Shown here: positions 13,301 to 28,082 of the stretch, piece after piece
Position numbering within the stretch: the first letter of the stretch is position 1
Layout of the letters: each line of letters opens with the position of its first letter
From: Seison nebaliae
Lineage: Eukaryota
Direction of reading: 5' to 3'
DNA length: 64,000 nucleotides
NCBI GenBank assembly: GCA_023231475.1
Contig: JALJEE010000736.1
Location: 1-64,000, forward strand
The notes under the pieces: model-generated
Databases searched by the model: none
What the model was told of the DNA's origin: nothing
The model's input: the letters and a program-made list of their open reading frames with translations, nothing else
Translations under genes and position numbers: made by a program

Positions 13301-16300
13301 TGAACAAACATAATATCCTTCCAGTTATTTGAGTTATTTGAGAATCATTTTTTCTTCATCAAAAATTCCTTCTTGACATCTCGTCCTTCTTTCTTCTTCT
13401 TCTTATCATAGACAGTTTCTTCTTTTTTTCTTTTTGAAATAAACTCAATTTTTATCATATACAAAGGAAATTGCATGAGAGTAACATCAAATATATCAAC
13501 CCAATGACAGCAATGCCACATTAGAATAAATCTACCTACAAAACGAGACGTTGTGCACCAGATATGCATGTCAAGTGGTGGAAGCGGAGAAGGAAGGAAG
13601 AAACGATGGGAAATTATTGCTCATATCATCCAGAAAAATTGGAATCATCTAATTTGCAAGAGATCATTCCTCCCCGATCTTAATAAAGAATTGCTTATGA
13701 AAATCGTTCATCTTTTGTAATAACAACTCAATTCTCCCACCTTACAGCGCACTCAACAACCATTCCTTCTAATTATTAGTCTTCGTCCAAATGCCCTTTC
13801 TCCCAAATTATCGTCCAATTATCAATTCAATTGAAATCCGAAGAAAAATCTTCGAAAAAACCCCAAAAATTTTCTCCAATTTTTTTTCAAATTTATTCCA
13901 TATTCGAAATGGTTATTTCTATAATGTTACAAATTTAATTCATTGGATTAAATTGACGAAATAAACTCTCGTTCCACATACGAATCGAATCGTAATAAAT
14001 GTGAACAATTTCAATGTTCACATGAAGCATGAAGACGAATGGAAGAAGAGCACTAACGACTGCCACCTACTAATTTTTTAGCTATCAATGAAGTTTCCTT
14101 TTCTCAGATCTATGTATATATAACTCGTTTTTTTATATTAATATTATTAAAATTGGGTGGGAATATAATTAGGTAATCGAATTCACCTGCGTAATTCTCA
14201 AGAATTGACATATGAATATTAGTATGCTTCTTACGTCATCCAATATATTTCTTGATAAACTACTAATGTTTCGTTGAAGAAGAACATACATCATCTTCCA
14301 TCCCATAAATCCAATTAGATCCGTTATTAGACAAATTGATGAATATGAAATTACTCTTATAAAATTGAATATCAAATACGTATAACTCAAATCTGAATTA
14401 TAAACAGTTGTCGTTATATTCCGACTTTTTCTCCTTCAGAAAATAAATAACATTTTTTCTCAATTCTTTCAACATTAAAACCACGTTAGAATTAACAAGG
14501 GAAAAAAGGAAAGGAAGAAAAAGTTTTTAATTCCTGAAGCGAATTGGACGAATGAGAAAAATAAGGAAAAACTTGTGCATAGAAAGTGGGAGGAATCAAA
14601 ATTATAATTTGCCATTCTAAATTTGCCGCAGGAGAGCAGTTGAGGAAAAGTCCCTGCGTTTCTCATCGGTATCATACTAATCAACGTTTTCATCAAGACA
14701 CAAAACTCTCATAATTCAACTTTCTGTATTTCTCATTTATGACGAATTTATGAATATTCGAAGAATTGATCATAGACGATCTATTTGACCAGATCGTCTT
14801 CTTATCGGAAAAGAAAAAAAACTTTAATTTATTCTTCCTTTCAAATTGGAAATTTTTATCGAACATTTTTTGCATTAGAAAACGGAATTAATATTCATAG
14901 AAAATTTCCATTGAAGAATTAATGGATTTGGACTCTCCCAGACAACTGGAGGGAATTATGATGTGATTACGGAATTTCTTTCTAGAATTGTGTTTAAACA
15001 ATTCCCATGTAACATATCAATGGGTCATGGTTGGTATTGGATGAGAGAGATATGGAACGAAGGAGATATTCGTTTAAACATCATCATTAGCATAAGGGGG
15101 AAGTGGTGATGGATGTGTCATGTTAGAGATTAGGAAAGGAAGAGGAAGACAATGTAAATGGAAGGAATGACACAAGAACATGATCAGAATTATCACCAAC
15201 TGTGATGATGGAAATATGAAATGGATTGAATAAAAATAATAGGCGAAATTCATTTTTGAAAAAAAAGAAAAGAAAACGGGAATAATAGATCTATCTATCT
15301 ATCTAATATACATATGTATATTCCTATTCTCTAAGATTCATTCATTCAATTGACGCATATTCAATCGGATGTAAAAGATAATGTACTTTCTGGTGTTCTT
15401 TAGATATTGAGTGAAATAAATTAAAAAATAATGTTATCATCTATATGGTGCACAAGTGAATCCGGATACATAGGGTGGAGTATGACCAATTGAAGATACC
15501 AACAGATAGAAACACCATAACTTCTCCCAATCAACCCAAATCGACTTATATTAATCCTTCCAATGTCTATAGGAGGATTAATGAAATTGAAACCGAACCG
15601 ATTATCTACATCGGATTTCAATATTTCCATAATTATTCCATTTACCTCAACACCGAAGAAAGAATGTTCAACGATAAATTAACCGTGTTGGAAATTGAAG
15701 TTATTTCAACAAAAAATAATATATTCCATTTTTGAACTTTCTGAAAATTATGTAAAATTACTATGAAAATTTATGATTTCCTTAAATTTCAATGAAACTG
15801 TTTTTTCTAATGAATATATTGTTTATAGAGACATTGGAATGAGTGGAGATAAGAACAATAATTTGTTTCATTGTTCTGGCGAAGAAGTATTGATGGAGAA
15901 TTGGATAATAATTATTTTGATTTTAATCTGATAAATCAGATATGGAAAGAAGAAGAATAAATAAAGGATATAGTAAGAAAAATAAAGAGTTTGTTGCGGA
16001 CCAGATACGATGGGAGGGGTGGGAGAAAACCGAGAGCTGAGAAATGTACTTTCATTCTAACTTCCATTATTTCATGCGAAACCTTTTCCTTTCTTTTTTT
16101 TTATGTTTATTTGTTTATTGGAATGAGAAAAAAATAGGACGAAGGATGCATGTTGGAGGCACCCTCTTCACTGTAGCATATATCCATAAACTGACATTGC
16201 TAAAATAATCAAATGGAAGAAAATGAGAAATTATTTCAAGTTTTTTTTATTATTTTCCAATTCCTTCTTTTGGACTAGTCGATTCCACTATGATTTGCTT

Positions 16301-19300
16301 CGATTCCATTTAATTTTTGAAATCTCTTCATTATTTCATCATCTACTACATTCATTTCTTTCGATGTTCAATTGAATTGAAAAGAAATATGATGAACTTC
16401 TATATAGATCTGTGCACTGGTGTGAAGGGGTTGATGAGAATGTTATGAAGAGAAAAGTTTCTTTGGCCAGATAAGATAATACTTATGATTATCCGTTTGT
16501 CGTAGTTTTGTAATAATTCGTAGAATATTACTTATACAATCATTTTGTTGAGAATGAATGAAAGAATGATGACTTATTTCGAATGCATGATCTACACTGC
16601 AATGGATACATAATCATTGTCATAATGAAACTGGTTGAGATGTTCGCGTATGCTCTGGATGGAGGGAGGAAGACATACATATGTAAGGACAGCCAATTGA
16701 CGGAATTGAACATGGACGACATTGATCGAGAGAAAATTAAATAAAATTAATGTCAAGTTAAATTTGATTAGTTTCCTTTCCATTGTCGTTATTATTATGA
16801 AATATTTCTATGATATTTATACAAAATACAAATTAGTTTATTCTTCCTCCAATTAACAATTATTCTTCCATTCTATTCAAATTATTCTTTATTTCTTCTC
16901 ACTCTTAAAAAAAATGGAAATCATCAATTTCTAATTTATTAGTTCCGTCCTTGCATTGTTAGTGAGGGGAGAACGAAGTACAATGTAGTCGAAGGAATCG
17001 ATTATTCTTATTTCCATGCCGTCCACTTGACATCCGGCTCCATCCAAAAAGCACCAAATAAAGTCTTTTTCGAATTTAACGTTTATTTCCGAGCTCATTC
17101 ATTCCATTCCATTTCGAATTATGATCGAATAGAATGATGGACTAAGGAAAGAATGAACTAATATCGGAAATAAACCGTTTGGAAGGGAAAAGAAAAATAA
17201 GAAGTTCTAATCAGTCAATAAGATATTTATTTAACATTCTTTATCAAGTGATTCTATCCAACTATTCGAATTGAGAGATACGAAATTATCTAATTCTGAC
17301 TCTTCATCTAAGTTTGGTGTTAAGTAAAACGACTCCTTTTGGGTGGTTGATGAAATAAAGAAATAAAATTTAACCTTATGAATTATATCATATACTTCCA
17401 TTGTCGTTTGACGTGCTACACATCCATCCTCCACAATTGCTACAACCACACATTGTGAATCGGACACATTCCCTCCAATCTTCTTATTATTGTAATTAAA
17501 AAATTCGTCGTTACTTTTCACTTTTAAACATTTCAACGTCATTCCTAACAATTGGTTTGGCGTTTCACGTTTGATAACAAACGTTTGGAATTTCTTTATT
17601 ATTTCACTTGTTTCCTCCACTTTAATATTGTCCGTTTCCGGTAAAGTACTAACGGATGACGATAAAGATGACGATCTGGTTCTTCGACCTAAACCGTCGT
17701 CGTTGTCATCGTCTGAAAGCTTCCCATCTGGTTTCATATGATAATTCTTATCCAAAAATGTTTCGTCATTCAATGAGGGAATATCACTCATTGACAAAAG
17801 TTCATCATTCTCACTACATAAAATATCGATATTTCGCCAAAATTTTCCTTTATCTTTCGAACCGTTATTCGACGTAATTGACGATGAGAGAATGGATTCG
17901 GTGGAACAATTCTCATGATTTTCTCTTTTGGAAAATATTTCTAATTTTTCTCTCTCGTGAAGCAAATCCTTTCAACGAATGGTTAATTGGACACACTGAA
18001 ATAATAACTTGGTCCACCAAACTTTGCACGACGAAATCGACGGGCGAATCTGCTTTTTGAATAATCTCCACTGCACGTTCATGTGATGCGTTTCTGATAC
18101 TAATATCATTCACCTGAAACATGTTTTATTTGGATGAAATGAAAAGAAATATTCGTTAATTCTTCAAGAGATCAATTCTTCATTATTAACCATGAGAATT
18201 CGATCTCCCGTTTTCAACAAACTGAATTGAGCCGCCGGACTATCAGTCAGAACATTTTTCACAAAAATTCCTGAAATTATTTTGTCTAATTCATTATCAG
18301 AATCAATCCGTCCACCTAATTCCAATAAAAATAAGAAATAATAAGAATTTCGAGATCTTCTTCTAAACAACCGAACTAACCAACAATACTGATACCCAAT
18401 GAACGATTCTTCATTCGATTGAGATATACATGTCGTTCTTCTCCCCAAAGATTCTCGATGAACATACGAGCTTTGCTCGTCGTATTGGCGGTGAGAGTTC
18501 GTCCACCAACTGAATAACCGGTTTGTTGAGTGCATAAATTTGAAGGTAAATTGGTTTGTTTGTCCGTTTTTTCTTCGTTCAATTTCTCACATGACTGTGG
18601 CAACGGACGATGATATTGGAAAGAGTTCTGTTTATAAATCCCTCTATTTTTATCGTCGTATTTCAAGATGGATTTCGTCGGTCTTGGTACTTCAGATTTG
18701 ATTTGCTTCCTCTCCAATTTCGTCGAGTTACTCTTCATCACATTCGATTGTTTATGATGAGGATTGGAGAATTTGATTATTTCATTCGATTTCTCTTTCG
18801 TATTCACCAACGACATATTATTGGAAGAGGTAAGTGGATTCTCATTGAAATTTAACTCGGGTGTTGATTGATATTTATAATAATTATTCTTTCCATCATC
18901 ATTCATCAGAGAACAATCGTTATCTTCATCATAAATATCTTTCCGATAATCATCGATATTATTATTCATTTCATCCTGATAATGGAGAATGATATCCGAA
19001 TCGTTCATTTCATTAAATTTATATTTCCTCCCACTAATCGGCGTATTGGCAGTGGTGGCAAATTGTCGATAGTTTGGTCGGTCTGATGATATTACCAAAT
19101 CATTTTCAATGATTTTATGATTTTCCCGATAATCATTCTCATTAGGTAATATTGGAAGTGGTTGAGATGAATGAAGATCTTTCTTCTTTTTATTCGACGA
19201 ATATTTATTGGAGAAGATTCCATTGTAATATTCATCTTTCGAATCGATTCGATCATTCATCGAATAGGTTTCATCCAAATTCATATCACTCTCATACCAA

Positions 19301-20118
19301 CGTCTTTTAATGGAAAATTTTTTTTTTGAATTTTCTTATATAATTTTCAATAAAATTAAACTTTCTCGTTCGATTTACTAAATAATCTTGTTTGGCTCGT
19401 GCGACATCAGTTTCTTTAATATATACAATACTTTATCATTAAGAATTAAAAGAGAATTGTCGAAAGAAAGAATTAACTGAACATCACCGGAAAGTAGATC
19501 TGCACGTCCCATTATGAATTTGAGCATGATGGGTGAAATACATCGAAGATGTTCGTTATTTACGCGAACGATGAAATCTCCGACATTCAATCGACCATCA
19601 ACTCCAACTAATCCATTCTTATTAATCGATTTTATTCGACAACCGTTTACACCATAATCGATATTCGTTTCTAAAGTGACACCCAAAAGCTTCTTTTTGT
19701 TCTTTGAATTTTTTGAACGAACATTCTTCCGATCAAATGACGATCCGATATGAAAAGGAACCAATTTCAATTTCCTTTCATATTCTTTTGGAACTTCAAA
19801 TGTTCTTCGTCCCAACGACGTCACCAAACGACCATAAATACTTTGAACGGAAAGTGTTTGTTCATTCCGATCCTTATTAGTATTAGTCGTCTTATAATTC
19901 TTGTAAAAATCGTAAGTGTTATACAGATTGGTGGCATTGGATAATTTGTTGGTACTAGTAGTCCTGGTGGTGGTGGTGGTAGTCTTGGTAGTTGTGGTAT
20001 TCTTGGTAGCGGTGGTGATGATGGTGGTGGTTTTGACATGTGAATTTTTCAATTCTTTGCCCATGTCGCATTTCAACGGCAAATTCGAGCAATAATTGCT
20101 CTCGGTTCTTATATCATC
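5895..20118 (-). CDS. Multi-PDZ scaffold (MUPP1/MPDZ-PATJ/InaD-like), at least 10 exons, 6 PDZ domains, 5' end unresolved
   Basis: Exons (minus strand): 20118-19478, 19430-19362, 19303-18381, 18315-18191, 18113-18009, 17968-17375, 13149-11569, 7780-6962, 6771-6676, 6626-5895. All junctions are phase-compatible and join split PDZ motifs: SLGISIVG|GRID...GIFVKNVLTDSPAAQFSLLKTGDRILM|VNDISIRNASHERAVEIIQKA; DIIHK|INDINVNG; GLTLIGSIETLF|NKVIVLFIEKNGRFGDGRLLPGDEVL; GKGFGFSISG...DGRLRIYDRLMSLNG. From recall these resemble MUPP1 PDZ6-PDZ11. Confidence 0.88.
6772..6961. repeat. Intron made of A-tract/T-tract minisatellite units (GAAAAAAATTT / GAAAAAAATTC variants)
   Basis: About 13 imperfect 10-13 nt units fill the 190-nt GTT...AG intron. 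They account for the spurious FFQIFF tail of ORF 6755..7732. Confidence 0.85.
7887..7917. repeat. (CAT)n microsatellite, intronic
   Basis: About 10 perfect CAT units. Confidence 0.9.
8480..8765 (+). mobile_element. Possible decayed non-LTR retrotransposon ORF1 fragment inside a multi-PDZ intron
   Basis: A/C-rich, G-poor strand bias unlike its flanks. Translations PQHISDDHLQQY and SKRPITFLTINITNQQAFNN...HLCYLF(S)RVRP loosely recall LINE ORF1 proteins. Pattern recognition only. Confidence 0.22.
10640..11044 (+). pseudogene. Cys-rich coding-like segment antisense within a multi-PDZ intron, interrupted by an in-frame TAG
   Basis: Higher GC and ordinary codon usage. The frame reads ...NCDLSVTDTSCPLI*TDENHRHYTNTVVKVSS and continues sensibly past the stop at 10965-10967. 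Confidence 0.25.
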
Positions 20119-23100
20119 CTAAGAGTATCGAGTAAGATAAAAAAATTCATGAGCATATAAGAAATGATAAATTGGGAATGATGAGCGGGAGGAGAAATGG
20201 AATAATGATGATACACGGAAATGAAGAAAGAAATAAATGGAAATATTCCGTAACATTCTTTTTAACTCGAAGAAGAAAGAAATGAGGAAAATAATGCCGT
20301 TTTCTTCTTAATTTTCCATTACAAATGGAAGTGTTCAACTTGAAGAAGTTGGACGAAGGCACTTGAAGAAAAGTTCGAACATTTTTCTTTTTAATTATTA
20401 TAATTAACAACTAATTAGAAGAAAAGGGAATATCGACGAACAAATATTTAAAAGATAAAGATCAAATCTTTCAACAGCAAAACAAAATCGTTTTCGTTAC
20501 CAGATTCATCCCAATACCTTCTCATGGGAGATGTTTTACTTCAGATTCTTTTATCTACTAGATAGTACTCCTTAACAATCTGATAGAAGTGCAATAGAAA
20601 TATTCTTATTTCAATTAATTATGCCACGTCAGCAAACAATTGAAGGGGAATTCTCCTGTACATTTCTGCAATTTCCATTTTCCTTCTAGCTTACTTCATT
20701 CGGCATAATCGAACTAACAAAACATTCCAATCCCAAACATAGTGGAACGTTCAATAAAAGAAGATTATTGTATTATATTGAGATTTCTGAGAATTATCTC
20801 TGTAATACTCCTCCTGTCAACAATCGAACCGCCTCTAGATTTGGAGATATATTCAGATAATTTCCCAGATAATTTTCCCTAACAATTATGTTGACCAAAA
20901 TATTATTAAAATTCTTCATCTTCGGGACATTTTCCGAGTGCCTGCACGTGGTTATGAGGCGAGGTGAACAGAAAAAGAAGTGGAATAAATATTAGAATAA
21001 GAAATTTGGACACATTCTATTCGGGTCTGAAGTGATGGAATTCAAGCAGAAAAACCATATTTTCCATTAAATAGAATTGAGAATGAAATAGACCATGCGC
21101 TAAATGCTTTTTACGAATAAGCAAATTAGTCTTCTTTTGGAAATAAATTATTATAAAAACGTTAAGATCTTCCAAGACGAATTAGATTAGATTCTAAATT
21201 GATTTTCGAAATTCCCATTATCTAATTTGATAATTTCCCATAAATTATCTTTAAAGAAATCATTGACAAAATTAATGGGGGTATAATTCCATTAATTCCA
21301 TTGATGTTTTGAGAAAAGGAAAAGGAATTTCCATTTACAGTTAAATCATCTCAAGAAGAAATTCGGAGGAAAAATTGAGGAAATAATCGGTCTTTTTTTC
21401 TCCCAATACATAATGGTTTTCCTGATTGTTTCTCAGAAATCTTCACAAATAAATCTATTAATTGACAATTAGAAAGGCAAGAGGTGAATGAAAGAAAATA
21501 AAATAGAATTATAATATATAGTAATAGATATTCATCCATTAATCATCATATGATTCACATTTTTGATTCATCATCATATATCTTCTTATTCTTCAACGCA
21601 CACACAACCAATAAGTTTATGTGTAATTTATTGGTGTTATAAGAAGGAGGATAGAATGAAAAACTTAAAAGAAAAAAAATATTACGTAATTTTTGATAAT
21701 TTCCATCTTCACCTTTTTTCGGTTGTTGTCGATTTGTAGTGAGTGAGATGAAGAAATGAAAATACTTGTTGAAAATGTTATTTACTTATCCGTTTCTTTA
21801 TTAATAAATTATTCTGATAGAAATTGAGATTTCAATAGAAAGGAGAATATTTGTAAAAATCTAATATTTCATGTTTTGTAAATAATGTTATTGAATAAGC
21901 AAATAAGAAGAAAGAAGAACAAAGACAGGAGAAGAAGTGTTATGATTCGATGGGACAATTTATTTCTTTCTTCATTCTACCTCGTTTCATGCGAAGAAGA
22001 AAGTGCACGTACAATGCACAGAAAACCCATCTGTTGGAAATGTCGGTTGTAAAATTTGAAAAAAAAACAACAACTTATCAATCCAACGATTACAATTCTG
22101 TTTCTTATTGTTTTCCCCACTTTGAAAATTAAGAAAACTTATCAAAACAAATTTCAACCGTAAAAATAGTCTTCTGTTTCTAATAAATATCAGTAGAGTT
22201 ATGTGCGAGAGAATCGAAAATAAAAAGTTAATGTTAATAAATATATGTTCGCATATAATTTCCTTCAGTTTGCGCTACAAATTTTTATTGATCAGCTTGA
22301 TCAATTAGTCATAATGTTTCCTCATAAGTTATACTTCTATTATTGCTCTACATACACACCGACATGCAAATAACGAGCTGAAATGTTGAAATGTTGATGT
22401 AGAATATGCATATATTACGCTATGAGAACCTTAAGAATGAGAAGAAAACAGAAGATGTTTACATCAACTCTATATAATGTTACGGATCTTTCACAAATGG
22501 GCCTCATCTTCCAGAGAGAATTTAGTTAATTAAATAAATTGTAAACCAGTGTTATGCAAATGAGAATAGAATTGATAAATATATGTTTTATTTCATTTTA
22601 TAATGAAAAAGAAAAGAGTAAAAAAGATTTTGAGAAAGGTTATTATTCTTCTTCTATTATGACAAAGTCAAGTTCTTCAACGGACAGATCGACAATGATA
22701 TTTAAGTCAACTCGTCACTCTCTAAAATGGAGGAGGAATTCTAATTTTCTTTCACAAACTTCACATCTTCAATGACATCTTTACAATTTATTGTGAATAC
22801 ATTTCATTCATTAAGCAAAGTTCTTTCAACTATATTCCTTCATTAATTATACAATCCATATGGAATAAAACATCTGTACTTTCTCATTATACCCAATGCA
22901 ATTAGACCGGAAATCCTCTACAACTCCACAGTCAGCATAATTCTGTGTGGAGTATATTCGACACCGAATGCAGTTTCGATATCGAAATAAATTCTAACAA
23001 GGGAACTTCGATCATTAGAATTCAGAAGAAAATTTAAAACATATACACATATCGGAAATATGCATGTGATGGATAGCTAAGCTTAAAAGTTCTTAATTAA

Positions 23101-25479
23101 ATTGTGCACTTAATATGCATCTTGTAAGAATTTTTCCAAAACTTCCAAAACTATACCATTCAGATTCAAGTTTATACAGGTTACCATGCATTTAAGTGAA
23201 ATGATTTACCGTTATATTATAAGGTAAAAATATTTGAAATACTTTCAATGTACAAATTTATAAATATTTTCATAATTGAACATATTTACTTTATTTGTTA
23301 TTATTCAAATTGTGTATGTTATTCGATAGGTTGGAGATTAAGAGGAGAATGTAAATTTGAATATATTTTAATTAGAATTTTCAATAATAACTGACATTTA
23401 ATACAATGGAATTTTCCTTGAAATTTCGTTCATTTAAAAAAATTAAATAATAATTTTCGACCAGAGATCGCTTTTTCATTAAAAACCGAATAGGAAATCG
23501 GTAGAAAAATTGAACTTCTTATCGTGATGGAAGTTCGATGACGGAACTAACCGATATCCCATAAAATAATAAATTCAGTTGTAAGCAACAAAAAAAATTT
23601 TACAAAAAAGAAATATTTGGTGAGAGATAATCGTGAACATCGTGAAGGAAAATGGATATTGATATCTGAGTTCGGATATCAATTTCGATGAAAGAAGTTC
23701 AACAAAATAAACAATCGTAGACGTCCATCATATGAATTATGAAGAATGATGATTTAAAAAAAAGGATTACATTTTCACGAGAAATGATAAAAAGAATATT
23801 AGTTGATGTTTAGGAAAATAAACGATCTGTAAGAACAGTTTGTTATTATTCGTTTTTTTGGGCATGAAAATGATTCTATTTGAATTGCCGGAATATAAAG
23901 AAGTAATTAGTTGGTAACAGAAAAATCGCAAATATTTTTTTTCCTTATACAAATTATGAGTTAGGTAGAACTGTTTAATAATAAATTACTTTATACTAAA
24001 ATCATATTTTACTTGTACTAGAAAACATAGTTTATTTTCTTTTACTTGTTGTTAATGATGGAAAAGAATAATAATTAGTAATCAATCAATCCATAAACAA
24101 TCTATCTTCATCAACAATCCATTTCTCCATACTTTTTTCTTTATACGTAACTCTGATATTATAAGCAAACCAATTCAAGTATGTATTATACATATATGTG
24201 AAAGAATTTGAATGAATTTCAAATGAGAAATAAATTTGGGCATTTTATAAGTGAAGTTCCAAGGGAATTCAATCCGTTTTTGAAAGATGTTCCTATTAAA
24301 GAAATTACTTTTATCGATATAACAATTGTTTGGTAATATTAAGTCATTGAATAAAGATTACCACTTTTTCACAAAAATGAGTTAAAATGTTCATCAACTA
24401 ACGAGTAGTTATGATGTTTTTTCGAAAAGTAAATTGATTTATATTCGATCGACATCTAGTTACAGTTCGAGGTATAGAGACATGACCATAAAAGACCGTT
24501 TTGGGATTGAACATGAAAGAATGGGAATTTTGTTAATTTGGTTGGAGAATAAATATTTTCGTAATTTATCGCATTACAAGAATGTTAAGGAAAATGAGAT
24601 AATTAGCGAACAGCGTCAACATAATAAAAAGAATGTCAAACATGAAGCACAATGAATTTAAATTCTTCTTCCAAGTTGATCGCATTAGTAGGAAGGAAGA
24701 AAACAAATAAATTATGCAAAAATTAGATATATATGAAGGAGGTTGATACTAATGATTGTTGGGAGGAATACACAGAAATTTATTAATTTGATTAATAATT
24801 TCCTTCTGTATCCCTTTAACGGACCATCGTTGCAATCATTGATATTTATTAATATCAAATATCAATCAAATTATAATAATATTAAACATTGATTTGTCAA
24901 TTATTCCATTAAACATTTTGACGGAAGAGTGGAAAACATTCTTTCTTCCGCTAACTTATTAGGTTTGATCTAGATATAGAAATATATAAGAGTCGTCTCC
25001 TCTGCCGGTCTCCCATTGGAAAACGTGATTATTTTCAGCCAATTTCGCATAATTATAATTATGGAAAGGATGAGGGAGATTAAAGAAATCGGAAATGGAT
25101 TAACTAAGAATTTTCGTTGTAACAATAACAAGGGAGAAAAGGTTCGTCTACTTTAACGTTATGTCTTCTAACATACGACTTCCTAAACAACAATCGATGG
25201 ACATTTGCTGTTAGATGAAGAAAGATACTTAAAGAATCGCCGTTATTTAGATATCTCGAATTTGAAGAAAACGGACGATCCTCTTATCGTTTAAATTGTC
25301 AATGAAAAATGATTTTCTAAGAAATAGAATGTCAAATGATATTCGTAACAAAATAACGAAAAGAAGAAGAGAAACGGTAATGATTTACAGATGGAAATGA
25401 AAAACGAGTCAATTAGGAGAAATGAAAACATAAAGGAAATGACAGTTGGAGAGATTGTAGGAGATTTGCTAGTCGATTT

Positions 25480-25700
25480 TTTTCAACTTTTTTAAAAACT
25501 GCTCTTTATCGTCAAAAATATTTAACGTATCATATTGAATTTGATACCTTTAGAAAGAGCTTGAAATGCTCTACAAGATAGTGCTTTGCTAATTTCATTG
25601 ATTTCAAAAATTTATTTAAAATTTGGGAAATTTGTTCCTTGAAAAATAAAAAAAGTCGACTTTTCGAAAAATTGTAAATTCAGACCTAAATACATGGTAT
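25480..25700. mobile_element. Degenerate non-autonomous DNA transposon / MITE-like segment
   Basis: Contains GATACCTTTAGAAAGAGCTTGAAATGCTCTACA, sharing AAGAGCTTGAA with the element at the window start. No TIR pair or TSD was resolved. Confidence 0.25.
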
Positions 25701-28082
25701 TTATATTTTTCCAATTACATTGATTTTTTTTTAAAAATCTATATCTCATCCTTCTCATGTTGTTAAAAAAAATTACCCAAAACGATCACTTTTAAGAATT
25801 AGGACCAAATAACTTAACTACATTTCTGATATATTTTTGAAAAAAAGATTAATGGAAGAAGATGAGGATGATTGAGGATAACACATCAGCAGTACGTGGA
25901 ATGAAATGTGATTGACGATTACTTCGTAGTAATGTAAGGGGAAGGAAAATAGAATAAGATGACGACGACGATGACGACGACGATGGAAAATGGAGAAAAT
26001 ATAAAGAAACAGATAAGTAGATGCTAATTAAATTATGTTTTTTCATTCGGTAAGAAAATTTCGCATTGACAGATGCTGCTCCCTTTTTCTTATTTGGAAT
26101 CGATCTCTATCTGATGTGCCATTCGATGCCGTTGTCGTTCGGTTAAGCAAATGAGACAGAAAATGAAATTGGTGAAAAGTAAGCAGTAGTACTTCATTCA
26201 TTATCTTTCATAGATATTATATTCATTATAATTATCACAAAAAGTTGTAGTATTACTACTCCTCCCTACCATCATCATCCCCGTTGTCAGCACCAACATA
26301 ATGATGTTACTTTTATTGATGATGGTGATGAAAATCAGAGAAGTAGAATGAATTAGAATGAAATCAAATTAACATTCATTCATTCCATCAACACAAACCT
26401 TGGACAATAGAAGAGGAAGGACATATGTGTTGCAATTACAATGATTCCATTCCGTCACAATACAATTCGACAGCCAATTCATCTTTCTCAATTATCAGTC
26501 CTCATTTCGTCGCACATCCAAAATTAATCTACTTTCGTTATTCTCCGATTTACAACTTTTATTTCCTACCTATTTAATTCGGAGTTAATCAAATCTAAAA
26601 TTACTTAAGATCGTTAACTGATGAAATTACACCTGAACGGTTGTTGTATGGTATAATGATATAAGTCGAGAAAAATACAAAAAAATAGAAGTAAATTGAA
26701 TTGGATATTTAAAAAAAAAGAAAAACAGAATAAAGAACTGTTCTCATTTAAATGACTTTTAATTGCATATTCTGACATGAAATTCTGTGAAATATGGATC
26801 CAATACACCGACAACATTTGGCTGATGGTACATAATCAACTACACAGATGTAGGTCACCCTCGTCTATGCTGTCCATATGGAGACAACTAGATAAATATT
26901 TGACGTGATGTAACGAATAATAAATAATGTTATGATATCATAACATATCGATTCGAAGAAATTAAAATTTTTTCCTTCTTTCCGATCATGTCTCTCATGA
27001 ATGGTTAGCAGCATGTTCATCTAATATTATCCAGTTTATTCTCATTTTTCCATTTTTTCTTTCTTTTACTACTTTCTCATATTTCAATAACTTACTTTTT
27101 CACATAATCACCTTGTTCTTTTGTATTGAGACATACGGACAATTCTCTATACTCCATCTCAAATAGAATTGAAAGATAAAATGAAATTTATAATGATCTA
27201 GAATGAAAAAAAAATATTGAAGACGGGAAGAATAACTACTGATAAGTCGGATGAGATATGAAGAATTTTCTGATTTGACGAATTTTGATAAATTTTGCTT
27301 ATTTTTTGAATAATTGTAAAATTGTCATATTGGATATGCTTACAATTTTGTTAGTAAATTAAACTGATTATTACTTGATATTTGGAGGAGAAACGAACGA
27401 ACAAACGAACGAACTAATTCTCAATCGGACGTTGTTAAAGTAAAGCAAATATTACACATTCTTCCGTTTTATCCTCTTTAATCATCATTTCGTATTTGTA
27501 TCATCAGTCAAGTATAATGTTGATCATGAGAATAAGTATTTCCATTAATATTCCAATAACAATATGTATCTCAGTTTAATTATCATTCTCCGTCGTCGAA
27601 GTTATTTGGAGCACAAAGAGACAATAAAGTAGAGAATATGCTCCATAATAATCATCTATCTAGTTCAACAACAGTCTCTCCTATTTCTCTTTCTCCTTTC
27701 ATATGGAGGTCGTTCATACCATTATGTATTCATATTAAGTAAGATTTCTTTAATTTCCGTTCAATGGTTCATGCCATAAATTGCGTAATAGCAAGACATT
27801 TAACATCTCTAATGATAAATGATGTCCTTTGTATATTCCATAATAATCATCTTGATATTCCTGTTTGGATTCTCCTCCTCTTTTTCTCTTCAATTACTTA
27901 GACTCCGGTGAATCAGGTTCTCATAAAATTTTAGCACGGACAATTAATTTACCTTCAATTTCTATTCTGCCCAATCTCTAACACAACCATTTCAAATTTT
28001 GTTCAATTCATTTCTTCCCTTAATAATTGTTCATGGACCTATTACTAATCTTTTTAATAATTAGGAATGATTATAACATAAA

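Noticed and set aside
13200..17300. Short 60-90 aa ORFs within the large multi-PDZ intron (and similarly at 20-34 kb and 59-63 kb)
   Set aside because: No recognisable domains, biased Phe/Ile/Lys composition and near-threshold lengths, consistent with random ORFs in AT-rich DNA.
24761..24814. Imperfect hairpin as a possible pre-miRNA
   Set aside because: The stem is mostly A/T with bulges, which is expected by chance at this base composition, and no known mature miRNA was recognised.
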